Origin: Lingula anatina
Taxonomy: Eukaryota; Animalia; Brachiopoda
Reading direction: 5' to 3'
Assembly: GCA_051362555.1 (NCBI GenBank)
Contig: CM120648.1
Coordinates: forward strand, 4,894,587 to 4,958,586
Length of the DNA: 64,000 nucleotides
In this document: positions 49,848 through 62,923 of the stretch, in pieces
How the letters are laid out: each line of letters begins with the position of its first letter
Numbering within the stretch: the first letter of the stretch is position 1
Translations under genes and position numbers: made by a program
Notes under the pieces: model-generated
What the model was told of the DNA's origin: nothing
Seen by the model: only the letters and a program-made list of their open reading frames with translations
The model's database searches: none

Positions 49848-52800
49848 ATAGGAGAAAGATAACATTTCTTTATAGGAAGTCTCACCGATATAGACCGTTA
49901 ATTAGCGTAAAATGGATTTCTCTGAAAATTTGCCCATTTTGTTATGAACTCATAGCATACATAACACGAAACAATTAAGAAAATAAATATCAAATGGTAG
50001 CTTTTGAAGTCACTTAAGGAAAAAAAAAGCAACTTTTCTTCATTTCAACTTTTCACCGGAAGTCTCTCTGATGTGCCTGCACTTCATGCGCATGAGCAGA
50101 ACGGATGGTTCACGCCACTACGGATGCCACTGCAAACCTAGATGGAGGGCAGTCCGAGCACACGGGTGGTTTGAAGAGGGAGGAAAACTCCACGACTGTG
50201 AAAAGGAAATGAAGTGAGAAGTACAGAAGCAAGGATGTTTATGTCATTGGCAGGCCAACCTGAGCCAAGGTGAGCCAAGCACAAGTAGGAACTGAAACTC
50301 ACACACGAGAAACTGAAAAATTCTGCCCGCCAGGTTAGTTCAGTCTTATATCATTCTGACTCCTGTATTGAGTACATCCCTTTCATAGCACCACCAGCTT
50401 AGGCGCTGGCGGTACACATGGTTTTAGTCCCGTCCAGATCTTTCCGCCGGCTCCGCCGCCATGTTACCATTACCGCTTCTCCTCCTAGACGGTAAGGGCC
50501 TCCGTATCCATCTCTTGGATTTAGGTCACCTATAATCTCAACTCGTTCCACGTAAAATTTGGGCTTTGTCGGTGCTGGGGTCTAGGTGTGGCGCTCATTG
50601 CAATGCACCCTTGTCCAAAAATGGAAAAGTTAAATGCTAATTATCTACTATACCGAAGGAATTATGGGAAAAAATTCTACAGACGGCTGACCGAAAGTCA
50701 TATGTGGAGATTTCAAATATGCCCTCGGATTTGACCTTTGACCTTCATTTCAAGGTCAAACGGGCCAAAATTTAAAAAAAATGAAATTTTTTACGAAAAA
50801 AAATTATTTGCGCTAATATTCAGGAACTACACATGTACCTATAATAATATTGGAAAGAATTACCCTTCAGGTCATCTTTCATCTCCGTGAATTTGGGGTT
50901 AATCGGTGCATTTTCACGGCCATAAGATACCGAAACTGAAAACTGTCTCTAACTCGGGAACCGTTGGTGCTAGAGACATGTTCTTTTTTGCATTTTGTAG
51001 AGCATGTCAAGCACAACACTGGATGTGGTCTCCGTTTTTTTTATTTCCATACAGTTTTCGACTTATGCTGTATCAAAAAGTACATTGTGGTGGTGAAAGC
51101 AAAATGTGCAATACGGAAATGTGTAATAAATTTTGAACTTCTGGAAAATAAAACATAAGGGTTGGTGAGGCAGACAACTTCTGCTCAAAAATGACATTAT
51201 TTCATGAAATGTGACCATCTGGAACTTCTGAGCACCTCCCATTTCAAGAATTTCAACCAAAATGACCTTTTCTTCATTTTAATTAATTTTTTCTGTAGGA
51301 AATTTTATGGCACATTATTGTAACATTTAGTCCCTTATATCTCCAAAACTGGCAGAGATAGGTCCATAGTTACTATTGAAGTTGAACAGGAAGTCACATA
51401 CTGGCAATTTAACTGTGACCTTGAAATTGACCTTTCACGTACTTTTCACCATGAACTGAACTTTGCGACATTTAAGTCCCTTATATCTCCAAAACTGGCA
51501 GAGATAGGTCCACAGTTACTATTGAACTTGAATTGGAAGTCATATACTGGCAATGTAAGTGTGACCTTTAAATTGACCTTTGACCTACTTTTCACCATGA
51601 ACTTAACTTTGCAACTTTTTATGTACAGACACAGATGTGTCTGTATATATTGCCATCACCTGCGTCTGTCGTCGCCGTCGCAGTCGGCGCCGTGCACTTT
51701 CCTTGTAAACACGATAAGTGGAAGGCAGTTTTACTTTTTGGCTTTACATTTACAGAGCTGATGAATATTCATAAAATGCAGGTCAAGTTCGAAAATCAGC
51801 ATGACCGGGCCATTATTGTAGAAGTTATGCTGTTTTTTCACTTTTCAGCATATATGCAACACTGTAAACACATTTCAACCAAAACCGATACGCCTGTTGT
51901 CATGAAACTCACAGGAAAAATTGATCTTACTAAAACGCAGGTCAAGTTCGAAAATCGGCATGATCGGGCCACTATTTTAGTAGTTATGCTTTTTTTCACT
52001 TTTCAGCATATATGCAACACTGTAAACACAATATAAGAAAAACAGATAGGCCAATTGTCATTAAATTCACAGGAGTGGTCAATCCTGCTAAAACGCAGGT
52101 TAAGTTCAAAAATCACCATAATCGGGCCATTATTTTAGAAGTTATGCTGTTTTTTACATTTCCTTAGATTCAATTCTTAGGCATGTTAACAGTTTCATTA
52201 TTTAATTAATAAGATATGTAAAAGTGTTTTTTTGACATTTCCTGCATCTTTACAACATTGTTAGTTGATTTTGTAAAAATGATGTTAAACTTGTTATTGT
52301 GTATTGTGTAATAAAGTTTCAAAAATGGAAATAAACTCATATCATTGCAGTTTGTCAGATTGAATCATTCACTATGTCCAGAATCTCAGAATGGAAGAAA
52401 TTGGACATTTAACACTGCTCTATTGATATTTTTCCCATTTCATCAATTTTCTTAGTTGATCATATAAAAATGGCAGTAAACTGTTAATTTTCTTTTATGT
52501 TAAAAATTGTTAAAAATGGAAATAAACCCATTTCAGAACAGTGCTGTCTTGTTTACATTTTGGCATTTTCAAGTTGTGACTTTGAAGTTCCATGGGCCTG
52601 AAGACCTTTGCTAGTCACATTTTCTGAATATCCATGATACTAATATTTTATTATTAAAAATTGATGGGCATTATGCTGTTAAAAATTATGTAATATTGCA
52701 TCAAAATTTGAAAAAAAAACTAATTTGGGCACTGCTCCCATGATGACCATTTAAGAAAAACCATTTCAAATACTGTTCTCAAACAGTACAGTAAATATAT

Positions 52801-55800
52801 ATAAATGTGTCTGTACATATTGCCATCACTTGCATCTGTCGTCGCCGTCATCGCCGGCGCCGGCGCCTTGCACTTTCATTGTAAACATGATAAGTGGAAG
52901 GCAGTTTTACTTTTGGGCTTTATATTTATAGAGCTGATGAATATTCATAAAACGCAGCTCAAGTTCGAAAATCAGGATGATCGGGCCATTATTGTAGAAG
53001 TTATGCTTTTTTTTTCACTTTTCAACATATATGCAACAGTGTAAACACATTTCAAGGAAAACTGATAGGCCTGTTGTCGTGAAACTCTCAGGAGTAATTG
53101 ATCTTACTAAAATGCAGGTCAAGTTCGAAAATCAGCATGCAGCCTGAGTTGGAAAAGCAGTCTAATTGGCTTATTTTTCTGGAAGTTATACATTTTCAAA
53201 GTGTGAACTTGAACTCTCATGGGCCTGAAGCCTTATGCTTGTTACACATTTTACTTACATTGATATTACCTGTTGAGCATAATTAAAATTTGATGTTGAA
53301 TTTGTAGTTTAACATAATGTACTTTTGCATCAGAATTGACAGTAGTCTATTTTGTGCATAGTTATTTCCTGCTTTTTGTCTGTACATTTGACAGTTTTGC
53401 TGCCTTGTTTATGTACAGACACAGATGTGTCTGTACATATTGCCATCACCTGCGTCTGTCGTCGCCGATGCCGATGCCGATGGCGATGCCGATGCCGATG
53501 CCGTGCACTTTCCTTGTAAATAGATAAGTGGAGGGCAGTTTTACTTTTTATGTACAGACACAGATGTGTCTGTACATATAGCCATCATCTGCGTCTGTCG
53601 TCGCCGTCGTCGCCGTGCACTCAGCGATAACACGATAAGTGGAATACCGTTTAACATTTTGTATTCAAATTTACAGAACTGATGAATATTCATAATACGC
53701 AGGTCAAGTTTGAAAATCAGCATGATCGGGCCATTTTTAGGGAAGTTATGCTGTTTTTTCACTTTTTTTAGCATTATTATAGCACCGATAACACGATAAG
53801 TGAAAAACCTTTTTACTTTTTGGCTTGAAACTTATAAAACTGATGAATATTCATAATATGCAGGTCAAGTTCGAAAATCAGCATGATTGGGCCATTTTTA
53901 GGGAAGTTATGCTGTTTTTTTCACTTTTTTCAGCATATATGCAGCACCGATAACACGATAAGTGGAAAACCATTTTACTTTTTGGCTTGAAACTTACAAA
54001 ACTGATGAATATTTTTAATCCGCAGGTCAAGTTCGAAAATCAGCGTGATTGGGTCATTTTTAGTGAATTTAGGCTGTTTTTTCACTTTTTTCAACATATA
54101 TGCAACACTGATAACACAATATAAGAAAAACAGATAGGGCAATTGTCATTATACTCTCAGGAGTAGTCAAACTAACTAAAATGCAGGTTGAGTTCGAAAA
54201 TCGGCATAATCGGGCCTTTATTTTAGAAGTTATGCTGTTTTTTCACATTTCCTCAGATTCAATTCTTAGGCATGTTAACAGTCTCATTATTTAACTAATA
54301 AGATACTTAAAAGTGTTTGTTTGATATTTCCTGCATCTTTACAACATTGTTAATTGATTATGTAAAAATGATGGTAAACTTGTTATCATGTATTGTGTAA
54401 TATAGTGTCAAAAATGGAAATATACTCATATCATTGCAGTTTGTCAGATTCAATCATCCACTATGTTCAGAATCTCAGAATGGAGGAAATTGGACATTTA
54501 ACACTGTTCTATTGATATTTTTCCCATCTCATCAATTTTCTTAGTTGGTCATATAAAAATGGCAACAAACTGTTTATTTTGTTTTATGTTAAAAAAATGT
54601 TAAAAATGGAAATAAACCCATTTCAGAACAGTGCTGTCTTGTTTACATTTTGGCATTTTTAAGATGTCACTTTGAAGTTCCATGAGCCTGCAGACCTTTG
54701 CTAGTCACATTTTCTGAATATCCATGATACTAATATTTTATTATTAAAAATTGATGGTCATTTTGCTGTTAAACATTATGTAATATTGCATCAAAATTTG
54801 AAGAAACCCCTATTTTGGGCACTGCTCCCATGATGACCATTTAAGAAAAACCATGTCACTTACTGTTTTCAAACCTACAGGAAAGAAACATGGGACTAAA
54901 ATACAGCTTCAGTAGGCAATGCAGTCCGTTTGGTAATGTTTTCTGGCAGTTAAACAGTTTTTTGTGAAAATTTAATTTTTCACATATTGGCATTTTCAAG
55001 GTGTGACTTTGAAGTTCCATGAGCCTGCAGACCTTTGCTAGTCACGTTTTCTGAATGTTCATGTTACTAATATTCTATTATTAAAAATTAATGGTCATTT
55101 TGCTGTTAAACATTATGTAATATTGCATCAAAATATGAAGAAACCCCTATTTTGGGCACTGCTCCCATGATGACCATTTAAGAAAAACCATGTCACTTAC
55201 TGTTTTCAAACTTACAGGAAAGAAACATGGGGCTAAAATACATCTTCAGTAGGCAATGCAGTCTGTTTGGTAATTTTTTCTGGCAGTTAAACAGCTTTTT
55301 GTGAAAATTTAATTTCACATATTTGCATTTTCAAGGTGTGACTTTGAAGTTCATGAGCCTGCAGACTTTTGCTAGTCACGTTTTCTGAATGTTCATGTGA
55401 CTAATATTCTATTATTAAAAATTGATGGTCATTATGCTGTTAAACATTATGTAATATTGCATCAAAATTTGAAGAAACCCCTATTTTGGGCACTGCTCTC
55501 ATGATGACCATTTAACAAAAATCATGTCAATTACTGTTCTCAAACTTACAGGAAAGAAACGTGGGTCTAAAATACAGCTTCAGTAGGCAATGCAGTCTGT
55601 TTGTTAATTTGTTCTGGCAGTTAAACAGTTTTTTGTGAAAATTTAATTTTTCACTTATTGGCATTTTCAAGGTGTGACTTTGAAGTTCCAAGGTCCTGAA
55701 GACCTTTGTTTGTCACGTTTTCTGAATGTCCATGTTACTAATATTCTATTATTAAAAATTGATGGTCATTATACTGTTAAGCATTATGTAATGTTGCATC

Positions 55801-56726
55801 AAAAAAGAAGAAAACACAATTTTTGGTGCTGCTGCCATGATGACCATTATAGGAAAACCGTGTTATGACTGTCAAACCTTTAAAAAAGAAACACAGGACT
55901 AAAATGCAGAATGAGTTGGAAAAGCAGTCTAATTGGCTTCTTTTTCTGGAAGTTATACATTTGAGTGAAATATTCATTATCTTTTTGGCATATTCATTGT
56001 GGGACTCGGAGCTCCCATGGACATGAAGCAGTATGGTGATCAAATTTTCTACATGTTCATGCTATTAATTGTCAATAATCAAAAATTGGTGATAATTATT
56101 CTATAATTTATTATGTAATGTTACATCAAAATTGACAACAATATTTTTGCATTGCTACTGCAAACATTATGAAAAGAAAACTGTGTTACTTATTATTATT
56201 TTTAACTTACAAGTATGATTTTTAGGATTGGCATGCAGTTCAAATTAGAAAGCCAGGTCAATTGGGTTATCACTTATTATTGAATTTATGCAATTTTGTG
56301 TGAAATTTTCATTTTTCTCATTATGGCACTTTTTAAGTATAAACTTGAACTCTGATGGGCCTGAAGCCTTATGCTTTTACTTTCGTCGTTGTTACCTGTT
56401 GTGCATAATTAAAATTTGATGTTGACTGTGCAGTAAAACATAATGTATTATTGAATCAGAATTGGTAGTCTCCTATTTTGTGCATTATTGTTTTGTGCTT
56501 TTCTTAAGATGTGACTTATGGGCCTGAAAGGCCCTTGAGAGGGTCAGTCTGTTAATATCCCTTGGGTATCACTTAGCTAATTTCTGAGTTATAAAGTCAT
56601 TTGCCTAATTGATAGGCCATTAAAGGAGATTACATAAAGCACACTTGTTGATATTTCCTTGTAAACTCCCAAAAGTTAAGCTCTCTGCTAGATTAATAAT
56701 AAGGAAGCAGTGATAATTATGCAGGT

Positions 56727-56761
<35 letters not shown>

Positions 56762-56803
56762 CAAAGATTAAAAATTTGAATAGCAGCTTCATTGAAATTA
56801 TAT

Positions 56804-57030
56804 TTACCTCAGGCTCTGCCAAGGAGGTTATATTTTCACCTCTGTTTGTCTGTCATCAACATAACTCAAAAAGTTATGGACCGATTTTGCTGAAATTTTC
56901 AGGAAATGTCAGAATTGGGCCAAAGAGGACAATGATTAGTTTTTAGTGGTGGTCTGGCTCAATAATCAATCAATAATAATCAACAATTGCTGCCTTTGCA
57001 GAGGTCTGCACTCTCGGTGGTTTTCTAGTT
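56804..57030 (+). mobile_element. Short third HINE/DINE-like element
   Basis: TTACCTC..GCCAAGGAGGTTATATTTTCACC, GTTTGTCTGTC microsatellite, right end GCAGAGGTCTGCACTCTC..TTTTCTAGTT; empty site in the paralogue at ~44340. Confidence 0.75.
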
Positions 57031-57262
57031 TTGTTATGTTTTCCTTTACAATTTTTTCTCAAACACTTGCATTTGTGACTTTTAACTCTCATCTGCTCGA
57101 GGCTCTGCACATTTTCTGTATTTCCACATAAGCAATTGTATTGTTTTTTATGTCTTTAAACATTATATAATATTATTTTATGCACTGTCATCATTTTTCA
57201 AATATTGAGACTTTCATCATGTGACTTTGGTCTCTCATGGTCCTGAAACTGTAATCTTATTG

Positions 57263-57420
57263 AAGGGGTGGATTGAGACCATCTTCTGGGTCTTCTGGAA
57301 GACAGGTTATTAAGTTTATATTGACTGGTATCTATTTTTTTCTGTTGGAAGACCCTCAAAATGGAGGATGGATCAACATAGATACTTTGGAATACTGTCA
57401 GAAAATATCTCAGGCTCCTG
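57263..57420. mobile_element. Small hAT-like MITE with a TTATTG(A) TSD
   Basis: TTATTG|AAGGGGTGG ... CAGGCTCCTG|TTATTG; empty site CTTATTGACCATG at ~44587. Confidence 0.7.
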
Positions 57421-60400
57421 TTATTGACCATGTTACCTGTTGTGCATGATTAAAATTCAGTGTTGACTGACAGTGCTATTATAAGCATTATTTATTATTG
57501 CATCAAAATTGACAAAATGACCTTTTTTTATATCTTTATTTTCTGTTTTTTGTCTGTACATTTGACAGCTTTGCTGCCTTGTTGGCTTTATATTTACAGG
57601 GCTGGTGAATATTCATAAAATGCAGGTCAAGTTCGAAAATCAGCATGATTGGGCCATTATTGTAGAAGTTATGCTGTTTTTTCACTTTTCAGCATATTTT
57701 TCACATTTCCTCAGATTCAATTCTTAGGCATGTTAACAGTCTCATTATTAAACTAGTAAGATACGTAAAAGTTTTTGTTTGACATTTCCTGCATCTTTAC
57801 AACATTGTTAGTTGATTTTGTAAAAATGATGGTAAACTTGTTATCGTGTATTGTGTAATTAAGTTTCAAAAATGGAAATAATCTCATATCATTGCAGTTT
57901 GTCAGATTCAATCATTCACTATGTTCAGAATCTCAGAATGGAAGAAATTGGACATTTAACACTGCTTTATTGATATTTTTCCCATTTCATCAATTTTCTT
58001 AGTTGATCATATAAAAATGGCAGTAAACTGTTAATTTTGTTTTATGTTAAAAATTGTTAAAAATGGGGGAAAAAAAAAACATTTCAGAACAGTGCTGTCT
58101 TGTTTACATTTTGGCATTTTCAAATTGTGACTTTGAAGTTCCATGGGCCTGAAGACCTTTGCTAGTCACATTTTCTGAATATCCATGATACTAATATTTT
58201 ATTATTAAAAATTGATGGTCATTATGCTGTTAAACATTATGTAATATTGAATCAAAATTTGAAAAAAACCTACTTTGGGCACTGCTCCCATGATGACCAT
58301 TTAAGAAAAACCATGTCACTTACTGTTCTCAAACAGTACAGTAAATATATATATAGATGTGTCTGTACATATTGCCATCACCTGCGTCTGTCGTCGCCAT
58401 CATCGCCGGCGCCGTGCACTTTCCTTGTAAACACGATAAGTGGAAGGCAGTTTTACTTTTGGGCTTTACATTTACAGAGCTGATGAATATTCATAAAACG
58501 CAGGTCAAGTTCGAAAATCAGCATGATCAGGCCATTGTAGAAGTCATGCTTTTTTTCACTTTTCAGCATATTTCACATATTGGCATTTTCAAGGTGTGAC
58601 TTTGAAGTTCTACATGCTTGAAGACCCATGCTAGTCACATTTTCTGAAAATCCATGATACGTATATTTTATTATTAAAAATTGACGATCATTATGCTGTT
58701 AACCAATATGTAATATTGCATCAGAATAGAAGAAAACAATTATGGGTGCTGCTGCCATGATGACCATTATGGGAAAACCATGTTACTTATGATTGCCAAA
58801 TGTTCAAAAAAGAAATGCAGGACTAAAATGCAGCCTGGGTTGGAAAAGTAGTCTAATTGGCTTCTTTTTCTGGAAGTTATACATTTTCAAAGTGTGAACT
58901 TGAACTCCCATGGGCCTGAAGCCTTATGCTTGTTACACGTTTTACTTACATTGGTATTACCTGTTGAGCATAATTAAAATTTGATGTTGAATTCGCAGTT
59001 TAACATAATGTACTTTGGCATCAGAATTGACAGTAGCCTATTTTGTGCATAGTTATTTCCTGCTTTTTGTCTGTACATTTGACAGCTTTGCTGCCTTGTT
59101 AATGCTTATACTTTCAAAACTGGCAAAGATACGCCCATAGTTACTATTGAATTTGAATAGAAAGTCATGTGAGGCAACTTAACTGTGACCTTACAATTGA
59201 CCTTTGACCTAGTTTTCACTATGAACTGAACTTTGGAAATTTTCGTTCCTTTTTATCCCCAAAACTGGCAGAGATAGGTCAATAGTTACTGTTGAACTTG
59301 AATAGGAAGTCATATACTGGCAATCTAAATGTGACCTTGAAATTGACCTTTGACCTACTTTTCATCATGAATTGAACTTTGCAAATTTTCGTTCCCTTAT
59401 ATCTCCAAAACTGGCAGAGTATAGGTCCATAGTTACTATTGAATTTGAATAGAAAGTTAGAGGCAATTTACTGTGACCTAAAAATTGACCTTTGACCTAC
59501 TTTTCACCATGAACTGAACTTTGCAAATTTTCGTTCCTTTTTATCTCCAAAACTGACAGAGATAGGTCCATAGTTACTATTGAGCTTGAATAGGAAGTCA
59601 TATACTGGCAATCTAAGTGTGACCTTGAAATTGACCTTTGACCTACTTTTCATCATGAATTAAACTTTGCAAATTTTCCTTCCCTTTTATCTCCAAAACT
59701 GGCAGAGATAGGTCAGTAGTTACTATTGAACTTGAATAGGAGGTAATTTTCTGGCAATCTAACTGTGACCTTGAAATTGACCTTTGGCCTACTTTTTATG
59801 ATGAACTGCTTTTTGCTTGTTTTCTGGCCTTTAAATCTTCAAAATTGGCAAAGAAATGCCCATGGTTACTATTGAACTTGAATAAGAAGTCATATACTGT
59901 GACATTGAAATTGACTTTTGACCTACTTTTTCACCATGAACTGAGCTTTGCATATTTTCTTGCCCCTCATATCTTCAAAACTAGTAGAGATATGCCCAGT
60001 GTTGCCTGTAGATTTTTTCTTTTGTCAGCATATATGCAACACTGACAACACATTTCAAGGAAAACCAATAGGCCTTTTGTCTAGAGAATCACAGAATTGA
60101 ATAATGTTAGGAAAACACAGGTCAATTCGAAAATCTGCTTGATTGTACCATTTTTAATTAAACTTTTTTTGAATATTTTGAGATCTTTTGTTCATTGCAT
60201 TTTATAGAGCTTAACAAGCACAAGACTGGTGTTGGTGTTCCTTGTTTGGGGGGTTTCCCATATGAATGCACTTACTCCAGCTGGTGGTACAATATCCGGA
60301 GGCGGTATTGCCTCTCTGATCCTTTAGTTATATTTTCGGGTTCAGCTATAAGTTATAACAAGTCCTTGTGTCTGTCCACCTTGATTTGAAGTTTATGATT

Positions 60401-60948
60401 TTTCTGATTGACATTTTAATTGATATGGTTATAATAATAATAATAATAATAATAATCTTTATTGGAGAATCGCAACCCGAAGGTTGAAGTTATACAATTA
60501 TGTTATACAATTATATATGAATATTCAAGTCAAAGAAGCCTGGTCATTTTAGCACTGGTGCACTCTGTAGACGGTCTCACCTCCCTGGGGAGCATACAGC
60601 TCGGCTGCCATATTAGGCGCTCATAGCTAAGGCCACCAGTGTTTTATTTACAATTTGGAACTAGAGAGTCAGATGACTCGCTGACACTGCAGATTACGAG
60701 TCATTTTTTATTTTCAGGAGTCAAAATTTTCCTGCCTTTTTGGAATGGGTAATTTTAACTAGTAATGATGCGTACAACCATATATTATGTAAATAGGTTG
60801 TATATGAATTGAGGTTGTTTATTTGTAATTGTTATATCCCAGACTAAAAGTATAGAATTCTATCTACAGGAACTGAAGAATACAAAAAAAAACAAAAAAA
60901 AACAGCTTTTGTATAAGTGTATTCAACATATGACAATAAACACACTAA

Positions 60949-61103
60949 GGAGGCGTCTCGATAGTCCGAAGGTTCATTGGTCCGAAGGTTCATGTCCGAA
61001 AAATGGTACCATTTTCATCGAATTTTAATCAAGGGTTCATTGGTCCGAAGGTTCTATAGTGAACATTCGGACCAATGAACCTTCGGACTATCGCTACGGC
61101 CCC
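60949..61103. mobile_element. MITE with an 8 bp TSD (CACACTAA), GG termini and CCGAAGGTTCATTGGT subterminal repeats (MULE- or Merlin-like)
   Basis: CGATAGTCCGAAGGTTCATTGGTCCGAA and its exact reverse complement at the other end; TSDs at 60941-60948 and 61104-61111. Confidence 0.85.
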
Positions 61104-61903
61104 CACACTAATAGTCATACAACTTCAAAATGATATGGACAAAAGTATGCATTTTGATTTTTTTTTCTAACAAAAACCGTTAAAACAAAGGATTATTAAC
61201 ATGATTAAACCTAAAGGTAGATATATGAACAAAAAATCACCAAGATAAACAATAAATTAAAATTGATATGGATAAACTGTGTGTTGACTAGTATGTAAAA
61301 AATTTTCAAATATTATATGGACATAAATGGAAAACAATTTATATAGGAAGGAATAAGATTGTCAAACACAAAAAAGTAGATAAATGAAGACAAGGAATTT
61401 CAATAGATAATTACTATGGCAATAACAAATTATATTCCAATCTGGAAAAATTATGTTTTGACTATTAAACATAAAAACACAATACTAGACATTTCACCTG
61501 TGATTTTATACATGTAGTGTAACATATTTTAACCATTTAGAGTAATCTCTGTCACCAGTTTGCGGACTAAACTGTTTTTTATGTCAAACCAATTACATTT
61601 GGATCTTAAAACACAATAAAATATTTAAATTGAATTTAAAAACCCGTATTGTGCCTATAGCAGCATTGTACTAGTAGTGTACTATCGGTGGCAAGTTGAC
61701 ATACTTTTTTGCAACACAACAACGATCGGAAATAGGCCTACTAGTACATGTAGGTTTTTAATCGGCAATATAACAACAATTTTGAAAGTAATTAGTTGTG
61801 GCTGTCATACATTAGGGTCAAATGACGCACTAGATCATATTTTTTTGCGTCAATTTTAGGATTCATGCGTTTTTTACGCATGACGCAGAGGTAAATAAAA
61901 CAC

Positions 61904-62923
61904 TGGCCACGCTTTTTTATTTTTATGGATGACATCCTCTGGGGACCCTGAAATCGGTGCGAGAGGGCGAAAAAAAAAAAAACAGTCTAAAAAAATGCTG
62001 CTTAAGTAAAGGAATGCTGTCAGTACACAGCTGGAAACACAAATTTACCACAGAAACACGTATCAAACTAACAATATGTCTTTATCCATGCTCTCAAAAT
62101 ATTAAAGCATTGTGAATACTTCGTAGAAAGGTAAAAAAAAAAGTCATGAATAGACGGGCCCGTAGCCAGGGGGTTAGAAAGAACCACCCCTTTTGCTGGG
62201 AAAAGGTCCATTCTGGGTAAAATTTGATTTAGATACATGAAGTTTTTATGGAAAATGGTCCACTTTTTCAAAAAAAGACCCCCCCCCCCCCCCTTTTGAA
62301 ATTGCTGGCTACGGGCCTGATAGACATGCTGTATATTACCCAATCTATTTAAGGTTATTTCATGCATTTTGTTGGTATAACAATCAATGAAACAAATATC
62401 ATACAAACAGCATGTCTTTATTTGTACTCTCAGAATATTAAAGCATTATGAACACTACACAGAAATGTTAAAAAATGATGCAAAGATATGCTTAATACTA
62501 CCAATTCTATAATTCTATAATTCATCATTTCGGTCGATGCCATTTGGTCTACTTCGACTCACATGAAGCAGCCAAACTGTCGGGTGGCCTGACCGACCTA
62601 CACCCCACCAAATACCTGTTAATGAGGCTTAATTGAGGCTCTTAATGAGCTTTTATTGCACCATTTAAATTTGATATATTTTAGTAAAATATATAAATAT
62701 ATATATTCCTTTGGTGTTACCTGGATTTATATTATTATATTCCACGTGCAGAATTTAACAACTTTAAGATAGAACATGGAAATCTCCGTAGCAAAATGAG
62801 AGTCTGCAGTATCCAATTTCGGGGGGGGGGGGGGGGGGGGGAGGTGTTTTTTTTTTGTTTTTGGAGAACCGACGAAAATCGGTGCGCGCGCAGGATGTCA
62901 TCCATAAAAAAAAAAGTGTGGCC
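61904..62923. mobile_element. Pair of inverted GGCCAC..TTTTATGGATGACATCCT termini; possible ~1 kb MITE
   Basis: Inverted match between 61904-61937 and 62891-62923; no clear TSD. Confidence 0.5.
62155..62319. mobile_element. hAT-like MITE with a 5 bp TSD (ATAGA)
   Basis: ATAGA|CGGGCCCGTAGCCAG ... CTGGCTACGGGCCTG|ATAGA. Confidence 0.85.

Larger units (their letters stand above)
51621..59100 (+). mobile_element. Nested and tandem HINE-A copies: 51621-53409 and 53411-59100, the latter interrupted by 53550-57583
   Basis: Left-end hairpins at 51621, 53411 and 53550; right ends at 53409, 57583 and 59100; the interrupted unit GCAGTTTTACTTTT|GGCTTTA resumes at 57584; ~336 bp tandem units at 54650-55800. 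Confidence 0.8.
50385..60329 (+). mobile_element. Second Helentron-type element (HINE-B) with a ~146 bp tandem array, split by a ~7.5 kb nested HINE-A stack
   Basis: Left hairpin ACCACCAGC-TTAGGC-GCTGGCGGT + CCGCCG repeats; right subTIR GCTGGTGGTAC + GGAGGC/GCCTCT hairpin + TTTAGTT; 146 bp units at 51330-51620 resume in register at 59101-59990. Confidence 0.75.

Noticed and set aside
41300-58560. CTGATGA...CGAAA in every 160 bp HINE-A unit as a tandem hammerhead array
   Set aside because: Stem II cannot close (A.C), stem I does not pair with the sequence after the putative ATC site, and there is an extra A in the core; the match looks coincidental, and an Infernal scan would settle it
47765-58599. 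Recurrent 80-150 aa ORFs (MCLYILPS...KHDKWKAV...) as a small protein family
   Set aside because: They are frames through HINE tandem units; frames and stops differ between copies and show no codon-level conservation
41154-59990. Regularly spaced repeats as a CRISPR-like array
   Set aside because: Whole units are homologous with no unique spacers; the context is eukaryotic and there are no cas genes
60540-60640. SINE-like fragment (CTCCCTGGGGAGCATACAGC) after an (AAT)n tract
   Set aside because: It resembles a SINE body from memory, but it is too short and lacks a Pol III head, so I cannot call it
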